DNA of 64,000 bases from Podarcis muralis. Lineage: Eukaryota. This document shows positions 1-12,850 of this stretch, piece after piece. How positions within the stretch are numbered: the first letter of the stretch is position 1; each line of letters opens with the position of its first letter. The DNA is taken from NCBI RefSeq assembly GCF_964188315.1, contig NC_135660.1:98766001-98830000 (forward strand), read 5' to 3'. Position numbers and translations under genes: made by a program. The notes under the pieces were generated by a model. The model searched no databases. It saw only the letters and a program-made list of their open reading frames with translations, and was not told where the DNA came from.

Positions 1-3000
1 TCTAGGCAGCCAGCCAAAAGAGAAGGGATTCAAAGAATCTCGCAGTCCCTTAAATCATAGCAAATTTATTGAGGCGTGCAGTCACAGACTTCACTAGATA
101 CTGAGAAATGCTGAGGATGTGGTGGGCTGCCTTTGGCTTGGTGGGTCGCAAAATTGCACATGCCCTGTGACTCAGTCGCGTTTCTAAAGGTATACAAAAA
201 TGAAATTTTGAGGCAAGTTCCTGCGTTGGGTAATTTGAACAAAACTAGCCTTTCTATTCAGCATCTGTTTGTTATTACATACACCGGTGAAAAACTGCTG
301 GCTATTTTTTGTAATTTTGGTTTCATTTCATTTTAAAATTTTGAATGTGAATCACCTTGAGGGTGCTTAGGTAAAAACAACAACAACAGCTCTTACTTGA
401 AGCAAAAATAGGAACAAAATATGAACAATGATTTACCAGTAACCAAAAACAGAGACTCTCCCTTGTAAAAGAGAACAGTTGGAGCACAGAACCATTAACA
501 GGAGGCATTCAGCACCTTGGCTGGATGACAACACAATGGAAACAGAGGCTGTAGGAACAGAAGATCAGTCAAACTAAGGGGCCACTTAGGTCTGAAGGAA
601 GGCTATAATTTGGGGCATCTTGGGTCTGGAGTGTCAGTATATGGCCCCTAGTGAAATTAAGGAGGTGGGGCTGGGGGGTTTTTTGTTGGTTTTTTTGCAG
701 GGCCCTATGTTTCAAAAAGCCATTTACAACAATAAATTACAGGAATGGAAATCAACAAAACATCAACATTTAAATCCATAAAACACAATAATGGTAAATG
801 CAGGAAGCCAAGTCTACAGTGCTGGAATCCCAGGAGCCCATGATAAGGCCTGGTGAAAGAGAAAGATTTCTAACAACTTTCCTAAAATGTCAAAAAATGC
901 AGCCCTGGCACTTCTCCTTTGGGAGGTGTTCTGGAGCAGAGGCAGGGCACAAACTCTAGGGGCCCCGAGGGGCCTGGGCACCCTCAATTTCTTTTCTGAG
1001 GGTGCCCAGCCTTCGCCCCCTGCTGCCACTGCCAGCTGTCACCTTACCTCTGGCCTTCTGGTGCCAGTCATACGAAACAACGCAATAAAAATAATAGATG
1101 TACAAATACAAAAAATCAGCACTTAAATCAGTTGAATACTTAAGACCATCAGGAAAACCAAATTTCACATTGCAGCCTGTGTGTTTATGATAAAATCCCA
1201 CCAAACAGAATAGCATTTTTCAGCACCCTACAAACCTAAACCTAAATCATTCTTCACAATTCTCAACCTGCCTGCCTGTTCATGACAGTCATGTGCAACA
1301 GAGAATATTTAATGTTTCACATTGGGAGGGGAAAATAATGAATAATCACACCATCCCTACTTTCTAGAAAAAAGCTGGCAACTTCCTAGCAATGAGAGGA
1401 AAGATCCTTGCTATTCCTGACAGATCCATTGTGGAATCTTTCCTTTTCACTGGCAATATATGTGATTTCCCTCAATTTCTTGCAAAGTGAGCCCTCTGGA
1501 ACTTTCTACTCTTGAAGAGCTACTTCACTTGAAGATGAAATGGATCTGAAGTACTTTGGAGGGTATTTAACTTCAGGTGCTTTGTTGCTCTTTGCTTTCC
1601 ACCTTCCCTTTTGAGGCTGATACACGTTATTCATTAAACTTACAGTTTCTCTCTTGCCTCTTCTTTTGAGTGTGACTTATGACCTTGCAATCTCTCTCTG
1701 TGTGTTTTTGTCATCACAACATGTTTCCATGGAGCTGGATCTGATGTCATGAATAAGAGCATTGTTTCTTTCTTTCTTTCCTTTCTTCCCTAAGTTCCCA
1801 AGCATATTTGTGACACAGGTTTGGAAACCAAAATGACTTCACCAGTTAAATATTGTTAGATTCTACAGTGTAACAAAGGTAAGAATGCTGGCATGCTGTA
1901 TTCCTCTCTGCATGAATTGAGGGTTAGGTATTTCAAAGCAGGTACACAAAGGAGTCCCCAGAGATGCCATTTCACAAGCTTAAGCATTGTGTTATAAGGA
2001 TGAATCGTTGGATCACCCAGATCATGAGGTTCCATTGCTCAAGCTACATGGAGAACCTGGGTCCGTGTAATGAAAAAAGTAGGCTATAGTCCTATGCACA
2101 GTTACATAGAAGAAAGTCCTACTGAAATCAGAGGACTTTGCTCACTGTGAACCTTATGTTCTTAATGAAATGTCAGGGCGGGTATCAGGAACAGGTCAGC
2201 AATAACTCTCAAGGCGTCAGTGAAGTTAACTCTTTATTCGAAGAAACAAAGCAGCTCAGGCCTAGTGATCACAGCAACTCTTCCTAGTGGGTCTTGCCTC
2301 AATGAGGCAGTTGTGAGAACTGAAGGTCCCCCGCATTCCCACAACTCTGTTCCTTCCCAACAGGAGTGCCAATTTGGCCCCATGACCGTGGGTGCCATGC
2401 AGTGTACATGGGCCTGGAATTTGTGGGTGCCAGGCCCCTTCATGGGGAATTTTGTGGGTGCTTGGGCATCTATGCTTCCCAAGTAATCTGAGGCTCCTTC
2501 ATCCTGTCTGTCTTTGCTTCACCCTCTTCATACCTCTTCGGGTTCTGGGAGACCACAGGGGAGGGAGCTGATCACAACAGGAGCAGGAGACCCCCTGGCT
2601 TCTTCGGCAGACTGCCTCATCTCTGCCTCTTGGCCTGACTCTTCTCCAGGTTAAGCTTCTGCCTCAGAGTCTGCCACAGCCTCTTCCTGCTTACTAAGCC
2701 CTGTGACCTCTTTGAGCTTCCAACACCTCCTCCTCCCAGTCTTCTCCCTCTCACCACTCATCGTTGTGCTACTACCAGTCCTCAGACTCTGAGCCTTCTT
2801 CCCCTGGGGTTCCCTGGGGGTTTCCCAGCTGGTGCCTCCCACCACTCCTTGGCATCCAGCCCATCCAGGACATGGAACTCAAAAGTCTTAGGATGCTTAC
2901 AGGTGATAGAGCCTTGAGATCTTCCAGTTACTGTACAGTTTATTTTTTTACCTATCTTTTCCTAGAAAGTGTACTCCAGCCACCCTAGAAACATGCTTTT

Positions 3001-3020
3001 TAGGCAATAGTGGGACAGTA

Positions 3021-3340
3021 AAGGTAAAGGGACTCCTGAACATTAGTCATGGCTGACTCTGGGGTTAGGCACTCATCTCGCTTTATTGGCCAAGGGACAG
3101 CTTCCGGGTCATGTGGCCAGCAGGACTAAGCCGCTTCTGGCGAACCAGAGCAGCGCACGGAAACGCCGTTTACCTTCCCACCAGAGCGGTACCTATTTAT
3201 CTACTTGCACTTTGACGTGCTTTCGAACTGCTAGGTTGGCAGGAGCAGGGACCGAGCAACGGGAGCTCACCCCGTCGCGGGGATTCGAATCACCACCCTT
3301 CTGATCAGCAAGTCCTAGGCTCGGTGGTTTAACCCACAGC
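3021..3340 (-). mobile_element. Sauria (Squam1) SINE, subfamily A, slightly 5'-truncated
   Basis: (ACCTTT)n-type tail and SINE body; TSD GGGACAGTA at 3012-3020 and 3341-3349. Confidence 0.9.
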
Positions 3341-4139
3341 GGGACAGTACCATCCAGCAATTAGTAGCTTCATGATCGGGGGCGGGGGGTGTCTTTTGCT
3401 GAGGTTAGTACAGTCTTGATGCTTTTGAAGCTGGGAGAAACATTAATATATAGATTTTCTAAAGCAAGTCTTAAAAATGAAGGGAAAATGTTATATGGCT
3501 GTTCTAGTGTTTTGCAGTGATGGAATTCTGAGAGTCTGTTTTGCCTTGTTGACTTCTGTGCTGGAATTTGGTGAAGATGGAGTTAATTTCACAGTACAGT
3601 AGATGCTCTCCCCCAGCGCGACTCATTCATCACCATGAAACGGTTGAGGAGACTTCTTCAATAAAGTCTGAATAGCCTTACAAAGAGGGGCAATACTGTA
3701 CTGAATGAAAAGTGCTAACATAACAAAGATGTTCAGAACCATTGCTAGACATTTTGTTCTGCTTGATTTTTACATGGTTACATCAATCCCGGACCACTGG
3801 AATTTTGCTACACCTCTCTGGTAGGTTTAGCACCTCTTACCTCTCAAGGAGCCAGCCAAACAGGTCTTTGCTAAATGGCCTTTCTGCAACCCTCCTTGCT
3901 TCAGCCATTGTCGTATTTCAGCTGTTGACCTCAGCAAAAGTCGCCCCCCTCCCCCCGATCATGAACCTTGGTCACTTCCGTCAGGAAAAGCAGTTGCACT
4001 GCTTATTATAGCATGGCCAGTTGGCAGGCTGTGCGTGTGTGTGCATTCATTTTGTAATGACAATAAAAAAATACAACAAATGGAGCCCATTCATTTCATT
4101 ATTAATTAGCAGAAGAAATCCCACTTTTTCAAATGTTCG

Positions 4140-4560
4140 CTTGTTACTTTTTAATTTTTTAAAAAATTGAAATTGTGTTGTAACAATATGCAGCAAAAAC
4201 CACTACACATCAAACACCTTTGCTTCTTGTGCAAAAAAAAAAAACAAAAAACCCAAGGGAAAGAAAAAAAGAAAAGAACCCCCCCCCCAAGAATGACATA
4301 TGAGAACAGAGAGAGACAGCATAACAAAAACTCTATAATACCATAAGTAAATGAAAAGGGAAAATGTTGTCATTTACTTTGTCACTCCAGAAATATAAAA
4401 ACAGAGACCACCTCTCAATAAATTTATTTTCTTGATTGTTAAGTATTGTGTTTCTCTCATAAGATAGTTTGCCAAATGTTCACTTGAAACAACTATCATA
4501 TATTTATTTGTAACCAATTCAGAAACATTTTAGCTTGCATTTTCACCTAATTGCTAGAGT
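4140..4560 (-). mobile_element. Old L1-like 3' fragment
   Basis: AT-rich; composition and fragmentary Trp-containing frames resemble L1 3' ends. Similar pieces at ~16450-16820 (+) and ~42480-42830 (-). Confidence 0.35.
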
Positions 4561-7500
4561 AGGGTGTTATTAGGAAGCAGAAGGCAAGAGAGCAGAGAAA
4601 GGGAGATTGCACAGTCTCAAACGCATCTTAGTAGAAGCGTCAAGCATTCTGACAGGAATTCTTTCAATACGCAGCCTTTCAATCCCAGTCAGAAGGGGCA
4701 AGACTTGCAGAAGTCTATAAAAGAGGAAGGCAAATGCTTGTCGTTTTTCTTCTTGTGCAGGTTCTTGGTAAGTTAGCTTTTTCGGTTTCCATCTCCCACT
4801 CAATCCCCTATTACAGTTCCTTTAGGCGTCTCCTTCAAACATTTCCTTCCTTTCCCATTCTCTAGCCCTCTGGCAATTATTTGTAATTTAGAGAGACGAT
4901 CTTTTTGACCCCGTCTCGGTGCCTTAGTGTATCTTCTCACCACAAGTTGCTTTTTACAACCATCAGATTCCGAGACAAGCAAGGTAAGGGGAAGCTTCAC
5001 CTGCTGCCTCTCCCAGGACCTTATAAAGCTGCCTGAAGCTTTTCTGAAAAGATGCTGGTCAGCCAAGACACTTTGTGGGGGGGGGGGGCTGCTGATTAAA
5101 CGAAGGGTTTTCTTTCACTTACATAATTTTGGAGTTAAGCGTGTGCTCAGACCTCTCCCACTGACATGTTGAAGTTCTTTAACCAATTTGGACAGTTTTA
5201 GAAAAGGATTAGACAAATTTGTAGAGGATAAAGCTATTGGATCTTATCACTCCTGGGTCCTGCTATGGAAAATGACTCTGTCCGTCTGATATGAAACATA
5301 CTTTTGTTATATCCCAATTTTGTGAATTTTTAAAACACACAAATATCACGTTTGAATTATGCACATTTTTAATTCCTCTAAATGCACAAATTTGATATGC
5401 TTTCCAATGCATTTCACCTAAAATGCACAATTTTATACAAATGCTTTTGTAAAATAACATTTTATTTTGTGCATTTTTCCTTGAACTGAAACTCCTAATA
5501 AAATCCAGAGAACTATGAAATTTGGTTGATAGCTGCTTTCCAATTCACATGTAAGTCTAGGGTGGGGAAAATAAGTCAGTTATGGGGAACAAACAAATTT
5601 CTCCTTCAGCCCTAGATGCTACATGATGGGAGGGAGAGGGTAGCTCTGGGGCAGAGCACATGCAGGACATGCAGGTGTCCCAGATTCAAGCCCAGCATCT
5701 CCTGGAGGGGCTGGGGGGGGGGGGAGTCCGGGTGAAACGCAGGGGAGCCTCTGTCAATCAGTGCGACCGGGGGAGGGGCAGGGAGGATCCTGTGGCCCAT
5801 GGGCCAGATTGGGCTGCTTTGAGGCTGTTTTGTGCAAGCCACCCTCCCCCATATAACCATGTACAACATCAAGCGTGGGAAAGGCAAGGGTGTGGCACAG
5901 CGGATTGGGAGCAGTTGCAAAGCCCCTTTCTCAGTGCTTCCCAAGCTTCTGACAAGCAGCTGATTGTTGGGTGCCTTGGAACTGCTACAGAAAGCACTTT
6001 TCAGGCTCTGTCTTTGGCACATGGGAAGCACTGAGCATAGAGCCCACCACCAGGGGCACAGCATGGGTTGCCAGCGCCTGGGTCAGGGCAGGTGTTGTGC
6101 CCCCTGGTGGACTGGGAAGCAGCCAGTCCCTTCACTGGCCAGCATCGAACCTTGCAAACCAGTACCAACCTGGGAGCAGAGATAAGGCAGAGAAATGCAA
6201 ATCCAGGAGCTCTGCTCAGAGGTGTAGGAAGGGGGTGCGGTGGATGTGGCCCTCCCCAGGTGTCACGACTGAGGGGTGTGTGTGACAAAATGGCAGGCGA
6301 GTGGGCCTTGTGCCTGACGGCAGCAGCTCCTCTGACCCAGCGGCAGAGAGCAGCCCTCCTCAGCCGTGGCGAGGCACACCCGGCCGCAGCAGCTCTGTTG
6401 CGGGGCATGTCTGACCCGGCTGCGGAGGAGAGTGAGCATCAGCTTCCCCGCCCCCTCCTACCCTGAACTGTGGCGCGTGGGAGGGCACCCTCCACGCCCC
6501 GCCCCCCTCGGGAGCAAATGCGCTGCCTCATCCTCCTGTCCTTGCAGCGAGTCACTCTCGGCAGCGCATGTGGCTCTGGCAGTGCTTCCCCACCTTCCTT
6601 TTCCTCCCTCCCTCCCTCCTGGTTCTAGGCTGGTATACAAATTCAGTAAATAACGATGATGATGTTCAGATGCTTATGAAGGCCACAGAGACTTGAATCA
6701 GGTCTTAATAAAGAGAAACTATGTTCTCCATGGAGTTGCAGAGCAGTAACATCTAGAGCAAAACCACTATGCAGAAGGTCAAAGGTTCACAGTGACGATA
6801 AATCATTGACACAATTCTGGCTTTGATGACATGAGCAAGTTCATGTTCTAGGCCTGCCTGCTAGAAGCAAAGTGGAAGGGGAGGGGAGGACTGAGCCCAA
6901 AAACTTGGGGAGGGAGCTTAAGGAAATTCTGAATACAGGGGCATGTGATTCAAGCACTGGGATGAGCTAGAAACTCATTGTCTCATGTCAAGGAGTGTTG
7001 GAGATCTAAACAGGCTGAAAAAGCTGCCTCCGAGATGGTTTCATGGACAAGAAAGAAGTGAGCGAACCTTGAGTGTAAGGGGAAGGTGGGGACAGAATCC
7101 CACCAAAGCAACTATCATGAAACATCCTCTATTCTGCCTCATTTGATGTTTTTATTGTTAGCCCTTGATTCACCTGTGGCTGGGAAAGATAATACCATTT
7201 CCAAAGAGGGAAGTCACAAATATTGAATAAATTCCTCCAGAACTAAACTATTTGACACTGATCACACTTGAGTCAGAAACACGTGGAGAATTGGAAGCAT
7301 TTGGGGGGGTTTTGTGTTTGTTTATTTGCCCCAATGGCTGAAATGTAATAGTTATGTACAGGGGAGCAAAGCCACGGGAAACCAGTGACCGCAATGGCAT
7401 TTCCTCATTCCTTCCCTTTCAGGTCCTTGCCTGAAACGCCCCAATTGCATATTTTCTTACCCCTTTCAGAGATTTAAGTTTAGGGTAAGGATGATATCTC

Positions 7501-7831
7501 TAATGTTTCACTTTGTTTTTAAATGGCCTGGGGTGTTTTACAGAAATCTGTAGAACTTGTTAAAAGGTACACACACACACACAGAGAGAGAGCAATGTTG
7601 ATTCAGAGGGCATGCCCACATTATAGATTTAGGTGGGCTTAATTGTCATTCCCTTTCCCTAGTGAACCCTAAGAGCTGAAGTTCTCTGGGGGCTCCCAGG
7701 TCATTCTGTTCTTGACACCAGCAGGAAACTAAGATCCTTTGCAAGAACGCTAAAACTGGAATAAAACTATGTTTGTAGTGTTGATGTTCCAGGTTCTCTC
7801 ACACAAGCACTTCTTTGAATGCAGCCTTGTG

Positions 7832-8065
7832 GTTGTTGTTGTTTAGTCGTTTAGTCATTTCCGACTCTTCGTGACCCCCTAGACCAGAGCACGCCAGGCA
7901 CTTCTGTCTTCCACTGCCTCCCGCAGTTTGGTCAAACTCATGCTGGTAGCTTCGAGAACACTATCCAACCATCTCGTCCTCTGTTGTCCCCTTCTCCTTG
8001 TGTCCTCAATCTTACCCAACATCAGGGTCTTTTCCAGGGAGTCTTCTCTTCTCATGAGGTGGCCA
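7832..8065 (-). mobile_element. BovB/RTE 3'-terminal fragment
   Basis: Reverse complement closely matches 57470-57695; (CAA)n tail; possible TSD TGCAGCCT at 7820-7827 and 8066-8073. Confidence 0.92.
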
Positions 8066-8446
8066 TGCAGCCTACCTGAAGGTTATTCTGTCTACACAAG
8101 GAACCTTTGGACTTGCTAAAGGTGGTGGTGGGTTTTTAGGCCCCATCCTGTTCTTGTAATTTGTTTAAACTTTTTAATGCCGTGTTTTAAATTGCCACAT
8201 CCTGCCTTGGGGTGCTGAGCAGGTAAAAAATCCAATTAACAACCATGACAACAATAAATATAGTAGCACCTGTTATTCTCAAGAGCTGGTATTCAGAGGC
8301 CCATTGCCTCTGTCACAAATGGAAAAGTAACTGCAACCTTTCTCTCTTCACTCTGCAAAGGGACAGTTCTCACATGTATCAGCACCAGTCTTGAGACAGC
8401 AGGGTTATTCCTCCACTCTGCCAAGGGAGACCCTATTTTAGAAGGG

Positions 8447-8519
<73 letters not shown>

Positions 8520-8537
8520 CATGCGCACACGTGTGTG
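8447..8537. repeat. (GT)12(GC)3(AC)19 compound microsatellite in a 91-bp purine/pyrimidine alternation
   Basis: Read directly from the sequence. Confidence 0.95.
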
Positions 8538-9290
8538 GCAGTTTTGCTAGCCTACCCTTTAGGTTTTGTATGTTTTGAAAGCAGACTGAGTTGCAGAGAT
8601 GGCTCTATGCCAGATCAGTTGGAACAAGATGTAGTGAGAAAACCTGTCTTTCTGCATTGCTGCTGCTTCTTCATCCTTTTTTTTAAAGCAAGAAAAATAT
8701 TTCACCCATTAGTTTCCACAACAGTATTTTCTGAAGCTAGCAACTGATCGTTCTGTATGTTTGAGCATCGTTGAGTGACAGCTGCTTTGCTGTTATAGAT
8801 ATTTTACAAAGAGTTATTGCATAAATCAGACCACTAGTATATCATACATGTTTTCAGCTGCAGTTGTGTATTTTATGCTCATTCCACACAAATGAGAAGA
8901 GTTTAGAGAAAGTCTGTTTTGCCCACAGAGCATTTGATTAAGATCAGTCCTGCAACTCATCATATCTGTGCCGGAGGCTGGCTGGCTCCCGTATCTGTAT
9001 CCTCTTCCACATCCTGAACCAGCCCCAGGGTAAGCTAAGAATAATGGTGAAACCTGGAGTGTACTTAAATTCCAAGTCCTTACTATGCAGACAGTTTGCT
9101 CCTGCAGTGGACCAAACCCTGATGGCTATTTCTGCCTTGTGTCAACATGAAAATTTATCAAGTTGGCAGCAAACAGCAGCTTTGAAGAGAGCAATTTTGC
9201 AAGCCTCATTGAGGACCTCTCTGGTTGATGTTCACATTTTAAAAATAATTCACACTCTCCCCCCCAACCCCCCCCCCACATGTAATGTCC

Positions 9291-9400
9291 GGTTGCCATT
9301 CATCTGGAATTTCCCGAACAAAGATGGGGTTCGCTCCTCATAAACAGTGTCCGGGCGGAAATCGCTGGAATGTCCAGGAAAACCCGGACAAATGGCAACC
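9291..9400. mobile_element. Small hAT-like MITE
   Basis: Perfect 10-bp TIR GGTTGCCATT / AATGGCAACC; TSD unclear. Confidence 0.6.
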
Positions 9401-9461
9401 CATGTCGGGAAGTGTGGTTCTTCCTTTAAAAAAGCTCCAAACCTCTTTTTAAAAAGATTTT

Positions 9462-9463
<2 letters not shown>

Positions 9464-9498
<35 letters not shown>
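9464..9498. repeat. (CA)n microsatellite
   Basis: Read directly from the sequence. Confidence 0.95.
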
Positions 9499-9501
<3 letters not shown>

Positions 9502-9735
9502 CTCAACAATTTGACCCCCCCCCAAACCCCCCCAAAAAAGTTCAACAGCATTTGTGTCCAGATTTTCACTTTTCAAATTATGGGAACTCTATGTAATGTC
9601 ACATGTAGTTTTGCCTTTATTTGGGGTAATCATTATCACCCAGTACATATGACAGTGTGAAGTGAAAGAGTCCCTACTTGTGGAAGTTTCATATTGATGA
9701 TTACATGCTGGATAATCTTTTTGTGCAGCCTTTTA

Positions 9736-10361
9736 TTTATTTTTTCAATTTTTTTATTAGTTTTACAATTTATAACAAACAAAAAAACATCAAGAACAAA
9801 CAAACAAACAAACATTTATCATTGCTATAATAATTCCACTTTTGTTAACATTGTTGAATGACTTCCTCAAATCCCCCTAACTGAGTTTCCATATACTCCA
9901 TTGTAGCACTTTTCCAAAACTATTTTCACATAAAATTTACTTAGTCAATTTACATCTTTCTTTATTTTCATTTTAACATTAACCTAGTATTTTACAACAT
10001 CACAAATTTAAATCCTAGGCCTATCTGGTACTCGCAAGTAATTCTATTTATGTTATCTTAACATATTTAGCTAAATAGTCTTTAAATTTCTTCCAATCCG
10101 CTTGGTGCTCCTCCTCCCTCTGGTCACGGACTCTTCCGGTCAGGTAGGCTAGCTCCCAAAAATCCATCATCTTCATTTGCCATTCCTCCACTGTTGGTAC
10201 TTCTTGTAATTTCCAATTTTTGGCCAACAAAATTCTAGCTGCAGTTGTGGCATACATAAACAATCTAACATCTTTCTTGGGCAATTCCAAACCTATTGTT
10301 CCAAGTAGAAAGGCTTCTGGTTTCTTAATAAATGTATATTTCAACATTTTCCCCCATTTCA
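9736..10361 (-). mobile_element. L1-clade LINE, 5'-truncated 3' fragment
   Basis: ORF 10048-10362 (...AARILLAKNWK...VPTVEEW...WKKF...) resembles an L1 ORF2 C-terminus. T-rich tail at low coordinates; 16-bp TSD TTTGTGCAGCCTTTTA at 9720-9735 and 10362-10377. Confidence 0.85.
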
Positions 10362-11692
10362 TTTGTGCAGCCTTTTAGATCTCTAGGATGGTGGATGTAG
10401 AATGCCTTACAATGGGAGCCATAGGCACCAGCTCCCCGGGGCCCTGGGTGCCTGAGCACCCATATTTCCCACGAAGGGGCTGGGCACCCACAAATTGCAG
10501 CAGCAAGCACACGGGACACTGCAGGGCATGTGCATGCAATGTCAACACTCTACTGCATGCCCTAGTAGGTTTCCTTCTCTAGCAAAATGAGAAAACTTTG
10601 ATATGAACCTACTCGAAATCAAGGCCATGCATATCTTTAAAAAAGAAAAGTGAAATTGTCTTGAGTGAAAGGGAAAGGCATGCTAGTTTTCATGCGTATT
10701 TCTCTTTTGGAATTGAAACAAATCAAAACAAAAATCACAAAGGTCTGAAACTGCTTATGAGCAGTAGTTTCACGGAGTTTAGTGAATTACTCATGTGGTT
10801 TCAGCATGGTGGCCTGGATTTGACAAGAGTTAAATACAGGTTCGGATACAGACGGGGAGTGGGGATCTGAAATCTGCATTTGAAGTTCCATGTGGTTTGT
10901 TCTGTGTTCAAGTAAGTGTCTTATCAAATCAAATTCATGAAATCCAGTATGGATTAGCAAGAGTCATCAGCAACAAAACAAACCTTTCAACTATGCTGCT
11001 TCTTGGAAAAGTTTAAACTGTGCCTTTTAACAGACACCTCAGCTCTTGTGCAGTGTTCATGTGGGCAGAGAGAGGCTCATGTGCAGAGAGTGCGATATTT
11101 TCTTTCTTTGCATGTAAAGCCTAGTTCAACTGAGAAAATATGATCCTTTGAGCAGAAGATTCCAGATGACATTCCATGACAAAACACTGATGCACCTCTC
11201 TACCCTGGTCTTTAACACCAGAGAGAAATATATTTTAGGATCTGACACTTTCTCTTGACTGAAGTTAGTCTGAAGTGATTCTAATGTTGCATCTTTAAAT
11301 TGTTGAAACTTACCCTGGGATCTCATGGTGAGAAGGACGGGTGAGAAATCTGAACGAAAATGAATGGTTGATGATAGCATAAATAAGTAAGATCAGGTGC
11401 CTTGACAAAGGCTTAGGTATAGGCATTAGAGAGCTGCAACTAGAGATAAATGCCTCCTAAACATAAACTCAAAGAAAGTGTGAAAGGGAGGGCTCCTTTT
11501 CCTCCCCTAAAATGTCTGCAATTTTACAAGGACATAAGAAACACAGTGTCAATAATAGCAAAAAATCCACCTGAAGAGACATTAAAAGCAAATGTCTCCT
11601 TTGCAGATGAAACTTTCAAATAATTTCAGGGAAGCCTCAATAGTTCCAGTGAAACTAGGAAGGGGTCTGGCTGACATGGTGTCCCTGGACCT

Positions 11693-12850
11693 CTCCAAAC
11701 TGAGTGAATGAGTGGTAAAATGGCAAATGCAATTCAGTATAAGCAAGTGCAAATATATATCTCTATTTCACCTGTATTTCACCTAATTTCATGGGGGCTA
11801 AACTAGCGGTGACTGACCAGAAATGAGCCCTTGGGGCTGAGTAGATGGCTTGATGAAGATGCTGACCCAGTATGCAGCAGCTGTGGGAAAAGCAAATTCC
11901 ACATGAGGGCTTATTAGGAAAGGCATTGAAAATAAGCTGCGGGCGTCATAATGCCGCTATACAAACTGCATTTGGAACACTGTGTACATGTCTAGTCACC
12001 TCACCTTAAAAGGGATGGTGTAGCAGGGGTTCTGCCCAACATTGTAGGTGCCTGGAGCGTGCATGTGATGTCACATGGCAGGAAGAGGCCCAGTGACGCC
12101 TGACACAGCTGCGACGGACGCCATCGGACCCTCCCGCTGCAGCGACAGGCTCCGTTGGATCCTCTGCCTGACAGAGTCTACCACTGCAGTGGGAGGGCCC
12201 AGCCTGCTGCAGCCGTGGCAAGCCCTGTTGGGCTTTTCGGAGGGTGCAATAGGCCCCGTTGGGCCTCCTCCAACAGTGCGGCCCCCTCATTGAAAATTTG
12301 GGGAGGGCTTCAACTCCACAGCTCTGCAGAGATGGCTCCCCTGTATTGTGCATTGTAGGATTGGAAAAGGTTCTGAAAAGAGCAACCAAAATAATTGAGG
12401 AGATGAAGTTACTCCCCTATTAGGAAAGGTTGCAGCATTTGGGACTTTTTAGTCTACAGAGAAGGCAAGCAAGAGGTGGCATGAGAGAAGTTTTTAAGAT
12501 TATGCCTGCCATGGAGAAAGCAGAGAAACATTCCCCCCCCCCCCTCTCATAACAAAGCTGGATGTTGGAAGATTCAGGACAGAAAAAGAGTATTTCTTCA
12601 CACAGTGCATGGTTAAACTGTGGATCTGGCTCTCACGGGAGGCAGCTATGGCCACCAACCTGGGTGGAGTTAAAAGAAGATTAGACAAATTTGTGGAGGA
12701 CAAGACTATCAATGGCTATTAGCCACAGTGGCTGGGTTCCACTTCCACTGCCAGAAACAGTCTTCTTCTGAATACCAGTGTGGGCCACTGTGAGAAGAGA
12801 ATGCTGGACTAGACGAGCCCTCCAGAATGTCCCTCTGAGATTCTTATGAG
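11693..12850 (+). mobile_element. Degenerate CR1 LINE 3' region, interrupted at 12017-12351
   Basis: CR1-like segments (AAATGGCAAATGCAATTCA, TTGGAAAAGGTTC...AGAGCAACCAAAAT, TTCTTCACACAG...GTTAAACTGTGGA, TTAGACAAATTT) with stops and indels. Confidence 0.75.
12017..12351. mobile_element. GC-rich non-autonomous element inserted in the CR1
   Basis: The CR1 sequence rejoins across it (AAAAGGGAT|ATTGTAGG). Ends CAGGGG...CCCCTG resemble hAT TIRs; no clean TSD. Confidence 0.5.
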
